Virus genome (UHGV): UHGV-1370579
Source of the DNA: a virus
Reading direction: 5' to 3' (one strand)
DNA length: 64,000 nt
The translations under genes were made by a program, and so were the position numbers. Positions within the stretch are counted from its first letter, which is position 1, and every line of letters starts with the position of its first letter. This document shows, one piece after another, positions 45,462-55,198 of this stretch. Under the pieces are notes generated by a model. That model was not told where the DNA came from and did no database searches. It was given only the letters and a program-made list of their open reading frames with translations.

Positions 45462-48400
45462 ATGACTGATAAGCTAATACGAGAATTACTAATAGACATT
45501 AAACAGAAGGGGGCAACTCGTACTGCAAAGTCTATTGAAAACGTATCTGATGCGTTGGAAAACGCTGCTGCTGCTTCCGAACTGACAAATGAGCAGTTAG
45601 GTAAAATACCCAAAACCCTTTACTCCATTGAGAGGGCAGCAGATAGAGCAGCAAAAAGTCTTACTAAAATGCAAGCAAGCCGAGGTATGCTTAGTGTTAC
45701 TAAATCTATAAATGATATAGGAGCTAAGTTAGATGATCTTGCTATTACAATGATCGAAGTAGCGGATAAACTAGAGGTTGGGTTTAATGGAGTATCTAGG
45801 TCTATTAAAGCAATGGGTAATGATGTTGCGGCTGCAACAGAGAAAGTTCAAGATAGGTTATACGACACTAATAGGGCTTTAGGAGGTACGGCTAAAGGCT
45901 TTAATGATACTGCGGGTGCTGCTAGTAGAGCTTCTAGAGCTATTGGTAATACTTCTGGTTCGGCACGTGGTGCTACTCGTGACTTCGCAGCAATGGCTAA
46001 AGTAGGTGGTGGTTTACCTATTATGTATGCAGCTATTGCTTCCAACATCTACGTTTTGCAATCTGCATTCGAACAACTTAAACTAGGTGATCAGCTAAAT
46101 CGTCTAGAACAATTTGGGGTTATAGTAGGTACTCAGACAGGCACTCCTGTTCAGTCTCTTGCTAGATCATTACAAGAAGCTACAGGATATGCTATTTCTT
46201 TTGAAGAAGCTATGCGTCAAGCATCCACTGCTTCAGCCTACGGATTTGATGCCGAACAACTTAGTAAATTTGGTTTAGTAGCTCGTCGTGCTGCGGCTGT
46301 TCTTGGTGTTGATATGACTGATGCACTTAACCGTGTAATTAAGGGTGTATCAAAACAGGAGATCGAACTTCTAGATGAGCTTGGTATCACCATTCGTCTT
46401 AATGACGCATATGCTGACTATGTTAAACAATTAAATGCTGCTAACACAGGCGTAACTTATAACATTAATAGTCTTACCACTTTCCAGAAACAACAAGCAT
46501 ACGCTAACGCGATAATTGCTGAATCTACTAAGCAGCTTGGCTACCTAGATAAGGTTCTTAGGTTAACTCCTTGGGAGCTATTTGCTGCTAACGCTAACTC
46601 TGCCCTAAGAAAAATACAACAAGCTGCTGCTAAGTATTTAGGACCAACGATTGATGCTATTAATACTGTATTCTATACATCTCAGGCTTCTATATCTGCT
46701 GAAGCAGCTAGGGCACAAGAACAAACTAATAAACAGATAGACCCTAGTAATGTAGGTGCTGTTGCTTTAAGTTTGGCTGCTTCTGAGGAAGGTTATAATA
46801 AAGCTCTAGATATGTATAAGGAGTCTCTGGATAAGCGAAATAAACTAAAATCTGAATTCGATAAACGAATGGAACAAGCGGATTTCTATACAAAACTAGC
46901 TATACGTCAAGTTGGTGAAGGTATTCCTATTGGTCTTGCGGCCTCAGGTGCTTCTGAAGACAATAAAAAGTTTGTAGCAGAAACCGCAGCTATGGGATTA
47001 CAAGTAGCTAGGTTAAGTAAGGAAGTTGATGACTCTACGGAAAACCTTAATGCTTGGAAATCCGCATATCAAGCTGCAGGTGCAGCTGCTGCTAAAGCTA
47101 GCCCAGAATTTCAGAAACAGATTAATCTCCAAAAAGATGCTACTGATCCTGGTGCTGTATACGATTTTAACTCTACTATATTAAAAGGATTAACTGAACA
47201 ACAAAAAGCATATAATCAAACTAAGAAAACTTCTGGTGATTTAGCTAATGACTTTCAAAATATAGCTAGGAGCACAGATACTGCTGCTAAAACCAGTGCA
47301 ACTTTTGAAGATGTAATTAGAAATGTAGAATCTCTCTCCGCAGGAACTGGTAAGAGTGCGGATGAGTATGTTAAAAATCTCAACTTAGGGTTTAACACCT
47401 TATCTGAGATGAAAACTGCTTCCCAAGCCTTATCTGAGTACGTTAAACTAACTGGTAATGAGACTAAGAACCAGTTAGCAGTTCAACAGAAGATAGCTGA
47501 TGTATATAACCAAACTAAGGATAAAGAAAAAGCACAGGAAGCCGGTAGACGTTTAGAGTTGCAACAGTTAGAAGAGCAAGAAGCTGCTTTACGCCGTGTT
47601 CTTCAAACAAACCAGGGGAATAAAGCTGTTGAGAAAGAAATTGAAAAAATTCAGCTGGAGAAACTTAAACTTACCAATCAGGGTATGGAAGCTCAGAAGA
47701 AGGTCAAGGATTACACAGATAAAATTCTTGGTGTAGATCGTGAGATAGCTCTTCTGAATGACCGTACTATGACTACTACTCAATATAGATTAGCTCAGCT
47801 AAAACTAGAACTAACTGTAGAGAAAGAGAAGTACGAATGGTATACAAAACAAGCGGACAAACAGAAAGAGGCGGAACAGTCTAGACGTGCGCAAGCACAA
47901 ATAAGCCGGGAGTTATGGGAGGCTGAGAATCAGGCAACTGCATCACATGTATCAGCTCTTATGGATGCACTAGAAGTCAGCCAAACACAAAGAAATGTTA
48001 CTGGCCAAGCCCAGATTCTTACAGAAAGATTATCTGTTTTGCAAGAACAGCTAGAACTATCTAAGGGCAATACCGAAGAAGAGATCAAATATCGTAATGA
48101 GATCTATAAAACTGCTGCTGCTCTAGAGCAACTTAGAAAGCAGAGAGAAGGCCAAATGCAGCAACAGGTAGGATCTTCTGTGGGTGCTGTATACACTCCT
48201 ACAACTGGACTATCTGGGGAAGACAAAGATTTTGCAGATATGCAAAATAGAATGGCTTCTTATGATCAGGCAATCTCTAAGCTATCTGAATTAAATTCTG
48301 AAGCAACCGCTGTGGCTCAAAGTATGGGTAACTTAACTAATGCTATGATTCAGTTCTCTCAGGGATCCCTAGATACTACCTCCTTGATTGCTTCTGGCAT

Positions 48401-49142
48401 GCAAACTGTATCTTCTATGATTCAGTATAGTACTAGTCAACAGGTTAGTGCTATTGATGCAGCTATCGCAGCGGAGCAGAAACGTGATGGTAAATCAGAA
48501 GCATCTAAAGCTAAGTTGAAGAAGTTGGAAGCTGAAAAGCTGAAGATTCAACAAGACGCAGCTAAGAAGCAGATTATCATCCAAACTGCAGTAGCTGTAA
48601 TGCAGGCAGCCACCGCTGTTCCATATCCGTTCTCTATTCCATTAATGGTTGCGGCAGGTTTAGCGGGTGCTCTGGCATTAGCGCAGGCATCCTCTGCCTC
48701 TAGTATGTCAAGTATTGCAGATTCTGGAGCGGATACTACTAGTTACCTAACCTTAGGAGAGCGTCAGAAGAACATTGATGTATCTATGTCTGCTAATGCT
48801 GGGGAATTATCCTATGTACGTGGTGATCAAGGTATTGGTAATGCTAATTCATTTGTGCCGCGTGCCGAAGGTGGTAATATGTACCCAGGGGTTAGCTATC
48901 AGATGGGAGAACATGGTACAGAAGTAGTTACACCTATGATTCCTATGAAAGCTACACCTAATGATGAGTTAAAAAATTCCTCTAATTCAACCTCAGGAAG
49001 ACCTATCATCCTGAATATTAGTGCTATGGATGCTGCTAGTTTTAGAGAGTTCGCCTCTAGTAATAGCGGTGCTCTGAGGGATGCAGTAGAATTAGCTCTG
49101 AATGAAAATGGTGCTAGCCTAAAAACACTAGGAAATTCTTAA
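45462..49142 (+). CDS. tape measure protein pb2
   Basis: 1226 aa versus T5 1219 aa; coiled-coil-rich; C-terminal hydrophobic and peptidase-like region. Confidence 0.85.
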   Translation: MTDKLIRELLIDIKQKGATRTAKSIENVSDALENAAAASELTNEQLGKIPKTLYSIERAADRAAKSLTKMQASRGMLSVTKSINDIGAKLDDLAITMIEVADKLEVGFNGVSRSIKAMGNDVAAATEKVQDRLYDTNRALGGTAKGFNDTAGAASRASRAIGNTSGSARGATRDFAAMAKVGGGLPIMYAAIASNIYVLQSAFEQLKLGDQLNRLEQFGVIVGTQTGTPVQSLARSLQEATGYAISFEEAMRQASTASAYGFDAEQLSKFGLVARRAAAVLGVDMTDALNRVIKGVSKQEIELLDELGITIRLNDAYADYVKQLNAANTGVTYNINSLTTFQKQQAYANAIIAESTKQLGYLDKVLRLTPWELFAANANSALRKIQQAAAKYLGPTIDAINTVFYTSQASISAEAARAQEQTNKQIDPSNVGAVALSLAASEEGYNKALDMYKESLDKRNKLKSEFDKRMEQADFYTKLAIRQVGEGIPIGLAASGASEDNKKFVAETAAMGLQVARLSKEVDDSTENLNAWKSAYQAAGAAAAKASPEFQKQINLQKDATDPGAVYDFNSTILKGLTEQQKAYNQTKKTSGDLANDFQNIARSTDTAAKTSATFEDVIRNVESLSAGTGKSADEYVKNLNLGFNTLSEMKTASQALSEYVKLTGNETKNQLAVQQKIADVYNQTKDKEKAQEAGRRLELQQLEEQEAALRRVLQTNQGNKAVEKEIEKIQLEKLKLTNQGMEAQKKVKDYTDKILGVDREIALLNDRTMTTTQYRLAQLKLELTVEKEKYEWYTKQADKQKEAEQSRRAQAQISRELWEAENQATASHVSALMDALEVSQTQRNVTGQAQILTERLSVLQEQLELSKGNTEEEIKYRNEIYKTAAALEQLRKQREGQMQQQVGSSVGAVYTPTTGLSGEDKDFADMQNRMASYDQAISKLSELNSEATAVAQSMGNLTNAMIQFSQGSLDTTSLIASGMQTVSSMIQYSTSQQVSAIDAAIAAEQKRDGKSEASKAKLKKLEAEKLKIQQDAAKKQIIIQTAVAVMQAATAVPYPFSIPLMVAAGLAGALALAQASSASSMSSIADSGADTTSYLTLGERQKNIDVSMSANAGELSYVRGDQGIGNANSFVPRAEGGNMYPGVSYQMGEHGTEVVTPMIPMKATPNDELKNSSNSTSGRPIILNISAMDAASFREFASSNSGALRDAVELALNENGASLKTLGNS

Positions 49143-49149
49143 AACTGGA

Positions 49150-49176
49150 GGAGGACTTTGAGTCCTCCTTTTCTTT
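49150..49176 (+). terminator. rho-independent terminator
   Basis: GGAGGACT-ttg-AGTCCTCC plus TTTTCTTT. Confidence 0.75.
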
Positions 49177-49251
49177 ATGGAAAAATAAAAATTTCTTGAT
49201 AAAATTTTCTAATACTATTATAATAATTGTATCTAAGAGGAGAAATTAACT

Positions 49252-49866
49252 ATGAGATTACCAGACCCATACACGAATCCAGAACTTTCAGGATTAGGAT
49301 TCGAAAGTGTTAACCTGATTGATAATGACCCAGTAATTCGTGATGAGTTACCTAATGGTAAAGTTAACGAAGTTAAGGTATCTGCTCAGTACTGGGGTAT
49401 AAATATTTCTTACCCAGAATTGTTTCCTGATGAATATAGTGTTCTAGATGCTTTTATTCTAGAGTACAAAAGGACAGGAGACTACATTGATGTTATATTA
49501 CCTCAGTATGAGGCTTTTAGGGTTAGGGGTAATACTAACTTAGTAAATATACCAGCAGGACAAAAGGGCTCCAATATTACTATGGATACAAAAGGTGTTC
49601 TTACTGGTATCCCTAAACCAGGTGATTTATTTAAACTATCCAATCACCCAAAAGTATATAAAATAACATCATTTAACAAATCAGGCAATATATGGTCTAT
49701 AAATTTATATCCTGATTTATTTGTAACTACTACTGGAGCTGAAAAACCAGTGTTTAATGGGATACTATTTAGAACAAAACTCATGAATGGTGATGCTTTC
49801 GGATCTACATTAAATAATAACGGAACATATTCCGGCATCTCATTAAATTTACGGGAAAGTTTATGA
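49252..49866 (+). CDS. distal tail protein pb9 (Dit)
   Basis: 204 aa, same as T5 pb9. Confidence 0.8.
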   Translation: MRLPDPYTNPELSGLGFESVNLIDNDPVIRDELPNGKVNEVKVSAQYWGINISYPELFPDEYSVLDAFILEYKRTGDYIDVILPQYEAFRVRGNTNLVNIPAGQKGSNITMDTKGVLTGIPKPGDLFKLSNHPKVYKITSFNKSGNIWSINLYPDLFVTTTGAEKPVFNGILFRTKLMNGDAFGSTLNNNGTYSGISLNLRESL

Positions 49867-52712
49867 AAAAAATACTAGATAGTGCTAGAAACTACTTAAA
49901 AAATAATAGCAGAATAAAAACTGCTAGTCTAATTTCTCTAGAGTTACCTGGCTCTACTGGTACTAGTACTGCTTTTATTTATTTAACTGATTATTTTAGG
50001 GATGTACTATATAATGGCATCCTATACCAGGCAGGTAAAGTTAAGTCTATTAGCTCACACAAACAAAATAGAGATTTATCTATTGGTAGTCTATCTTTTA
50101 CTATTACTGGTACAGCACAGGATGAAGTACTAAAACTAGTGCAAAATGGTGTATCCTTCTTAGATAGAACCGTATCAATTCATCAAGCAATTATTACCGA
50201 AGATGGTTCTATTCTACCAGTAGACCCAGATACAAATGGTCCTTTACTATATTTTAGGGGGAGGATTACTGGAGGTGGCATTAAAGATAATATTAGTACC
50301 TCTGGAGTAGGAACCTCTACAATTACCTGGAATTGTTCTAACCAATTCTATGACTTTGATAGAGTTAATGGCAGATATACTGATGACGCTTCCCATAGGG
50401 GGCTTGAAGTTGTAGCTGGACAGTTAGTACCATCTAATGGTGCTAAAAGACCAGAGTATCAAGAAGACTACGGCTTCTTCCACTCTAATAAAAGTATCTC
50501 TATCCTAGCAAAATATCAGGTTCAAGAAGAAAGATACAAGCTAAAATCAAAGAAAAAATTATTTGGTTTATCTAGAAGCTACAGCCTTAAAAAATACTAT
50601 GAAACTGTCACTAAGGAAGTGGATATAGATTTTAACCTTGCTGCTAAGTACATACCGGTGGTTTATGGAGTTCAAAAAATTCCTGGAATACCCATTTTTG
50701 CTGATACAGAACTACACAATCCCAACATAGTTTATGTCGTATACGCCTTTGCTGAGGGGGAGATAGACGGTTTTCTTGACTTTTCCTTTGGTGATAATCC
50801 TATGATTTGTATGGACTCTAATGATAGCTCTGCTAGAACCTGTTTCGGTGTTAAAAAAGTAGCCGGAGACACCATGCAAAGAATAGCATCAGGAATATCT
50901 TCTAGTAGTCCTTCCGTGCACGGTCAAGAATACAAATATAATGATGGTAATGGTGATATAAGGATTTGGACTTATCACGGAAAATCTGATCAAACAGCCT
51001 CTGAAGTACTAGTAGATATAGCTAAAGAACGTGGGTTCTACCTTCAGAATATGAATGGCAATGGACCGGAGTACTGGGATGCTAGGTATAAACTACTAGA
51101 TACTGCATACGCAGTAGTGCGCTTCACTATTAATGAAAATAGGACTGAGATTCCTGAAGTTAGTGCTGAAGTTCAAGGTAAAAAAGTAAAAGTCTATCAT
51201 TCTGATGGTAGAGTAACTGCTAATAGTACTAGTTTAAATGGTATTTGGCAAACACTTGATTACTTAACCTCTGATAGATATGGCGCTAATATTACCATTG
51301 ATCAGTTCCCCCTTCAGCAACTAATACAGGAAGCAGCTATTTTAGATATTATAGATGAATCCTATCAGGTATCTTGGCAGCCATATTGGAGATACGTTGG
51401 GTGGACTGATCCACTAGCAGAAAATAGACAAATAGTACAAATGAATACTATTCTGGATACATCTGAATCAGTATTTAAAAATGTGCAAGGTTTGTTAGAG
51501 TCCTATGGTGGGGCTATTAACAATTTATCTGGCCAGTATAGGGTTACTGTAGAAAAATACTCTAATACTCCATTAGAGATTAATTTTCTAGATACTTACG
51601 GTGATTTGGAGCTATCAGATACTACTGGTAGAAATAAATTCAACTCAGTTCAAGCATCTATCGTAGATCCCGCCCTTAGCTGGAAAACTAATTCCATTAC
51701 ATTCTATAATTCCAAGTATAAGGAACAGGACAAGAACTTGGATAAAAAACTACAACTATCTTTTGCTAATATTACTAACTACTACACTGCAAGAAGTTTT
51801 GCGGATAGAGAACTTAAGAAATCCAGATACTCAAGAACACTTTCTTTCTCATTGCCATATCAATTCATTGGTATTGAGCCTAATGATGCTATTGCATTTA
51901 CATACGACCGTTACGGATGGGATAAGAAGTACTTCCTAGTAGACGAAGTGGAAAACTCTAGGGAAGGAAAGATAAATGTTACTCTACAGGAGTATGGAGA
52001 AGATGTATTCATCAACTCTGAGCAGGTTGATAATAGCGGTAATGATATTCCTGATATTAGTAATAATGTCCTTCCTCCTAGAGACTTTAAGTATACCCCT
52101 ACTCCTGGCGGTTTAGTAGGCTCTATAGGTAAAAATGGTGAGTTATCCTGGCTTCCGAGCCTAACCAATAATGTAGTCTATTACTCTATTGTGCACTCAG
52201 GCCATGCCGAACCCTATATAGTACAACAGTTAGAGACCAACCCTAACGAACGTATGATCCAAGAAATAATTGGAGAACCAGCAGGTCTGGCTATATTTGA
52301 GATAAGGGCAGTAGATATTAATGGTAGAAGAAGTTCTCCGGTGACTCTGTCCATAGAACTTAACTCCGCTAAAAACCTTAGTGTAGTATCTAATTTTAGG
52401 GTAACTAATACTGCTTCTGGAGATGTAACTGAGTTTGTTGGCCCAGATGTGAAACTAGCCTGGGATAGAATACCTGAAGAAGATATAATAGAGAGTATAT
52501 TTTATACCCTTGAAATACACGATTCACAAAATAGGATGTTAAGAAGTGTACGTATTGAAAATCAGTATACTTATGACTATTTATTAACGTATAATAAGGC
52601 AGATTTTGCTCTCCAGAACAGCGGTGCTCTAGGTATAAATAGAAAATTATATTTTCGTATTAGGGCTGAAGGGGATGATGGAGAACAGTCTGTGGAGTGG
52701 GCATCCATTTAA
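49863..52712 (+). CDS. baseplate hub protein pb3
   Basis: 949 aa, same as T5 pb3. Confidence 0.8.
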   Translation: MKKILDSARNYLKNNSRIKTASLISLELPGSTGTSTAFIYLTDYFRDVLYNGILYQAGKVKSISSHKQNRDLSIGSLSFTITGTAQDEVLKLVQNGVSFLDRTVSIHQAIITEDGSILPVDPDTNGPLLYFRGRITGGGIKDNISTSGVGTSTITWNCSNQFYDFDRVNGRYTDDASHRGLEVVAGQLVPSNGAKRPEYQEDYGFFHSNKSISILAKYQVQEERYKLKSKKKLFGLSRSYSLKKYYETVTKEVDIDFNLAAKYIPVVYGVQKIPGIPIFADTELHNPNIVYVVYAFAEGEIDGFLDFSFGDNPMICMDSNDSSARTCFGVKKVAGDTMQRIASGISSSSPSVHGQEYKYNDGNGDIRIWTYHGKSDQTASEVLVDIAKERGFYLQNMNGNGPEYWDARYKLLDTAYAVVRFTINENRTEIPEVSAEVQGKKVKVYHSDGRVTANSTSLNGIWQTLDYLTSDRYGANITIDQFPLQQLIQEAAILDIIDESYQVSWQPYWRYVGWTDPLAENRQIVQMNTILDTSESVFKNVQGLLESYGGAINNLSGQYRVTVEKYSNTPLEINFLDTYGDLELSDTTGRNKFNSVQASIVDPALSWKTNSITFYNSKYKEQDKNLDKKLQLSFANITNYYTARSFADRELKKSRYSRTLSFSLPYQFIGIEPNDAIAFTYDRYGWDKKYFLVDEVENSREGKINVTLQEYGEDVFINSEQVDNSGNDIPDISNNVLPPRDFKYTPTPGGLVGSIGKNGELSWLPSLTNNVVYYSIVHSGHAEPYIVQQLETNPNERMIQEIIGEPAGLAIFEIRAVDINGRRSSPVTLSIELNSAKNLSVVSNFRVTNTASGDVTEFVGPDVKLAWDRIPEEDIIESIFYTLEIHDSQNRMLRSVRIENQYTYDYLLTYNKADFALQNSGALGINRKLYFRIRAEGDDGEQSVEWASI

Positions 52713-54769
52713 TGATTTCAAATAATGCACCAGCCAAAATGGTCTTAAATAGTATAATGACTGGATATACTTTGGCTTATGTCCAGCACTCCATTTATAC
52801 TGATTATGATGTTATTGGTAGATCTTTTTGGTTAAAAATAGGAGAAAGTATAGATAGACGTGATTACACCGGTATAGATACTTTCTTCGTAATGATTAAT
52901 AATCTAACTCCCTCTACCTCCTATGAGATTCAGGGGGCTTTCTATGACTCAATTATCGACTCAGAGCTTTTAAATGCAAAAATTGGTATCAACCTCTCTA
53001 ATGAAACTAACTTTAGAACAAAGGAAAAGCCAATAATTACTGCAGCAAGATCTGAATCAGAACCCGTTGACGTTGGTGTTGGTGCTCCAATAGTTGTTGT
53101 AGAGACTGCTGGTGAAGCTAGTTACTGCACTATTGAATTAAAAAGTACTGCATCAGAAGATAGTGAATGGGTTAAATATTATATAGGCGCGTTGGGACCT
53201 ACTATCAAATTTGGTGGTGTTCCTGTTGGCGACTATAAGATCAGAATATCTGGTCAAGTTACGATGCCGGATGGTGTTACAGTCGACTCATCTGGTTATT
53301 ATGAATATCCTAGCGTTTTCACTGTAGCGTATAATTTTGTACCACCTACTGCACCTACTAACATTGCCTTTAAAGCTGCACGAATTGCAGATGGTAAGGA
53401 ACGATATGATATCAGAATAGAGTGGGACTGGGAACGTGGTGCGGGTGCTAATGTCCGTGAATTTCTGGTTACTTATATAAACTCTGAAGAATACGCTAAG
53501 ACTGGCTGGGCTAAAGCTCAAAAGATAAACGTTGGGGCTGCTAGAGCTGCAACGATTATATCATTCCCATGGAAAGTTAAGCATACTTTTAAGGTATCAT
53601 CAATTGCCTGGGGACCAAATAAGCAAGATATAACAGAATCAGCTCCTGTAACATTTATATTGAATGAAGATACTCCTCTAGACAATAGCTTTGTCAATGA
53701 GACGGGTATTGATGTTAATTATGCCTTTATTAAGGGCAGCATGAAAGATGGAGAAATCTGGAGACAGACATTCTTAATCGACGCAGCTACTGGTGCTATT
53801 AACATTGGTCTGTTAGACGAAGAAGGAAAAGCACCTATTTCTTTTGACCCCATAAACCGTGTTGTTAACGTTGATGGTAAAGTAATTACTAGAGATATTA
53901 ATGCTGCGAACTTTATCATGACTAACTTATCTGGTAAGGATAACCCAGCAATTTACACTCAAGGTAAATCTTGGGGGGATAATAACTCCGGTATTTGGAT
54001 GGGTATGGATAATACCTCTGCCAAAGCTAAATTAGACATTGGTAACGCTACACAATGGATACGTTATGATGGTACTACCTTGCGTATCTCTAGTGGTGTA
54101 GTAATTGGGACACCAAATGGTGACGTAGATATTGAAACTGGTTTACAAGGTAAACAGACAGTATTTGTTTATAAGTTAGCAACATCTCTACCTGCTAAAC
54201 CACTAGAACAAGATTATCCACCTCCTGGTTGGTCAAAAACTCCACCTAACCGTACAGATATGACACAAAATATCTATGCGACTACTGGTACACTTGATCC
54301 AGTTACTAATAGGTTATTAGAGGGTACTAGCTGGTCAGACGTGGTTCAGTGGAGTGGTACTGAAGGTACTATAGGGCATGACGGACAACGTGGTCCTGGG
54401 ATGTACTCTGTAGGTATAGCAGGTTTAGGTGGTTGGGATGATGGACAAGCTAATTCCTTCTTTCAAAGTAACTTCGGTTCTCCCCCAGTTAAATATGATG
54501 TATTAACTGAATTTAACAGTAATGCCCCACAATCAGCATTTACACGGCAATGGAATGGGTCTGGTTGGGTTAACCCTGCAATGGTTCTCCACGGAAACAT
54601 GATTGTTAATGGGACGGTGACGGCTGATAAAATTGTAGCAGGAAATGCTTTCTTATCTCAGATCGGTGTTAACATCATTTATGATAGGAATGCTGCATTA
54701 TCGGGAAACCCTGAGGCATACTACAAGATGAAGATAGACCTAAATAGTGGGTATATCCATATAAGGTAA
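52697..54769 (+). CDS. central straight fibre protein pb4
   Basis: 690 aa versus T5 688 aa. Confidence 0.75.
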   Translation: MGIHLMISNNAPAKMVLNSIMTGYTLAYVQHSIYTDYDVIGRSFWLKIGESIDRRDYTGIDTFFVMINNLTPSTSYEIQGAFYDSIIDSELLNAKIGINLSNETNFRTKEKPIITAARSESEPVDVGVGAPIVVVETAGEASYCTIELKSTASEDSEWVKYYIGALGPTIKFGGVPVGDYKIRISGQVTMPDGVTVDSSGYYEYPSVFTVAYNFVPPTAPTNIAFKAARIADGKERYDIRIEWDWERGAGANVREFLVTYINSEEYAKTGWAKAQKINVGAARAATIISFPWKVKHTFKVSSIAWGPNKQDITESAPVTFILNEDTPLDNSFVNETGIDVNYAFIKGSMKDGEIWRQTFLIDAATGAINIGLLDEEGKAPISFDPINRVVNVDGKVITRDINAANFIMTNLSGKDNPAIYTQGKSWGDNNSGIWMGMDNTSAKAKLDIGNATQWIRYDGTTLRISSGVVIGTPNGDVDIETGLQGKQTVFVYKLATSLPAKPLEQDYPPPGWSKTPPNRTDMTQNIYATTGTLDPVTNRLLEGTSWSDVVQWSGTEGTIGHDGQRGPGMYSVGIAGLGGWDDGQANSFFQSNFGSPPVKYDVLTEFNSNAPQSAFTRQWNGSGWVNPAMVLHGNMIVNGTVTADKIVAGNAFLSQIGVNIIYDRNAALSGNPEAYYKMKIDLNSGYIHIR

Positions 54770-54775
54770 TAAATA

Positions 54776-55198
54776 ATGAGTACTGAAAATAGAGTTATAG
54801 ACTTAGTAATAGATGAAAAAGTACCTTATGGTCTAATGATGCAATTCTTAGATGTTGATGATAGTACTTATCCACCTACAAATACCCCTGTTAACTTAAC
54901 AGGGTATTCCCTAAGGGGTACTATAAAGGCCGGGCTTGATGAGAACGCGGAAACTTTGGCATCTTTTACTACTAAAATTATTGATGCTGCTCAAGGTGCT
55001 ATAGCTATAAGTTTACCTGTAGAGGCGGTAGATAATATTGGTGAAAAAGCTACCAAAGAGAGAGATAAGTATAACCCTCGCCAACGTTTTGCAGGATACT
55101 ATGATATAATTATGACACGAGATGTCATAGGATCAGCTATTAGCTCTTTTCGTATAATGGAGGGTAAAGTATTTATCAGTGATGGGGTAACTAGATAA
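54776..55198 (+). CDS. collar protein p132
   Basis: 140 aa, same as T5 p132. Confidence 0.75.
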   Translation: MSTENRVIDLVIDEKVPYGLMMQFLDVDDSTYPPTNTPVNLTGYSLRGTIKAGLDENAETLASFTTKIIDAAQGAIAISLPVEAVDNIGEKATKERDKYNPRQRFAGYYDIIMTRDVIGSAISSFRIMEGKVFISDGVTR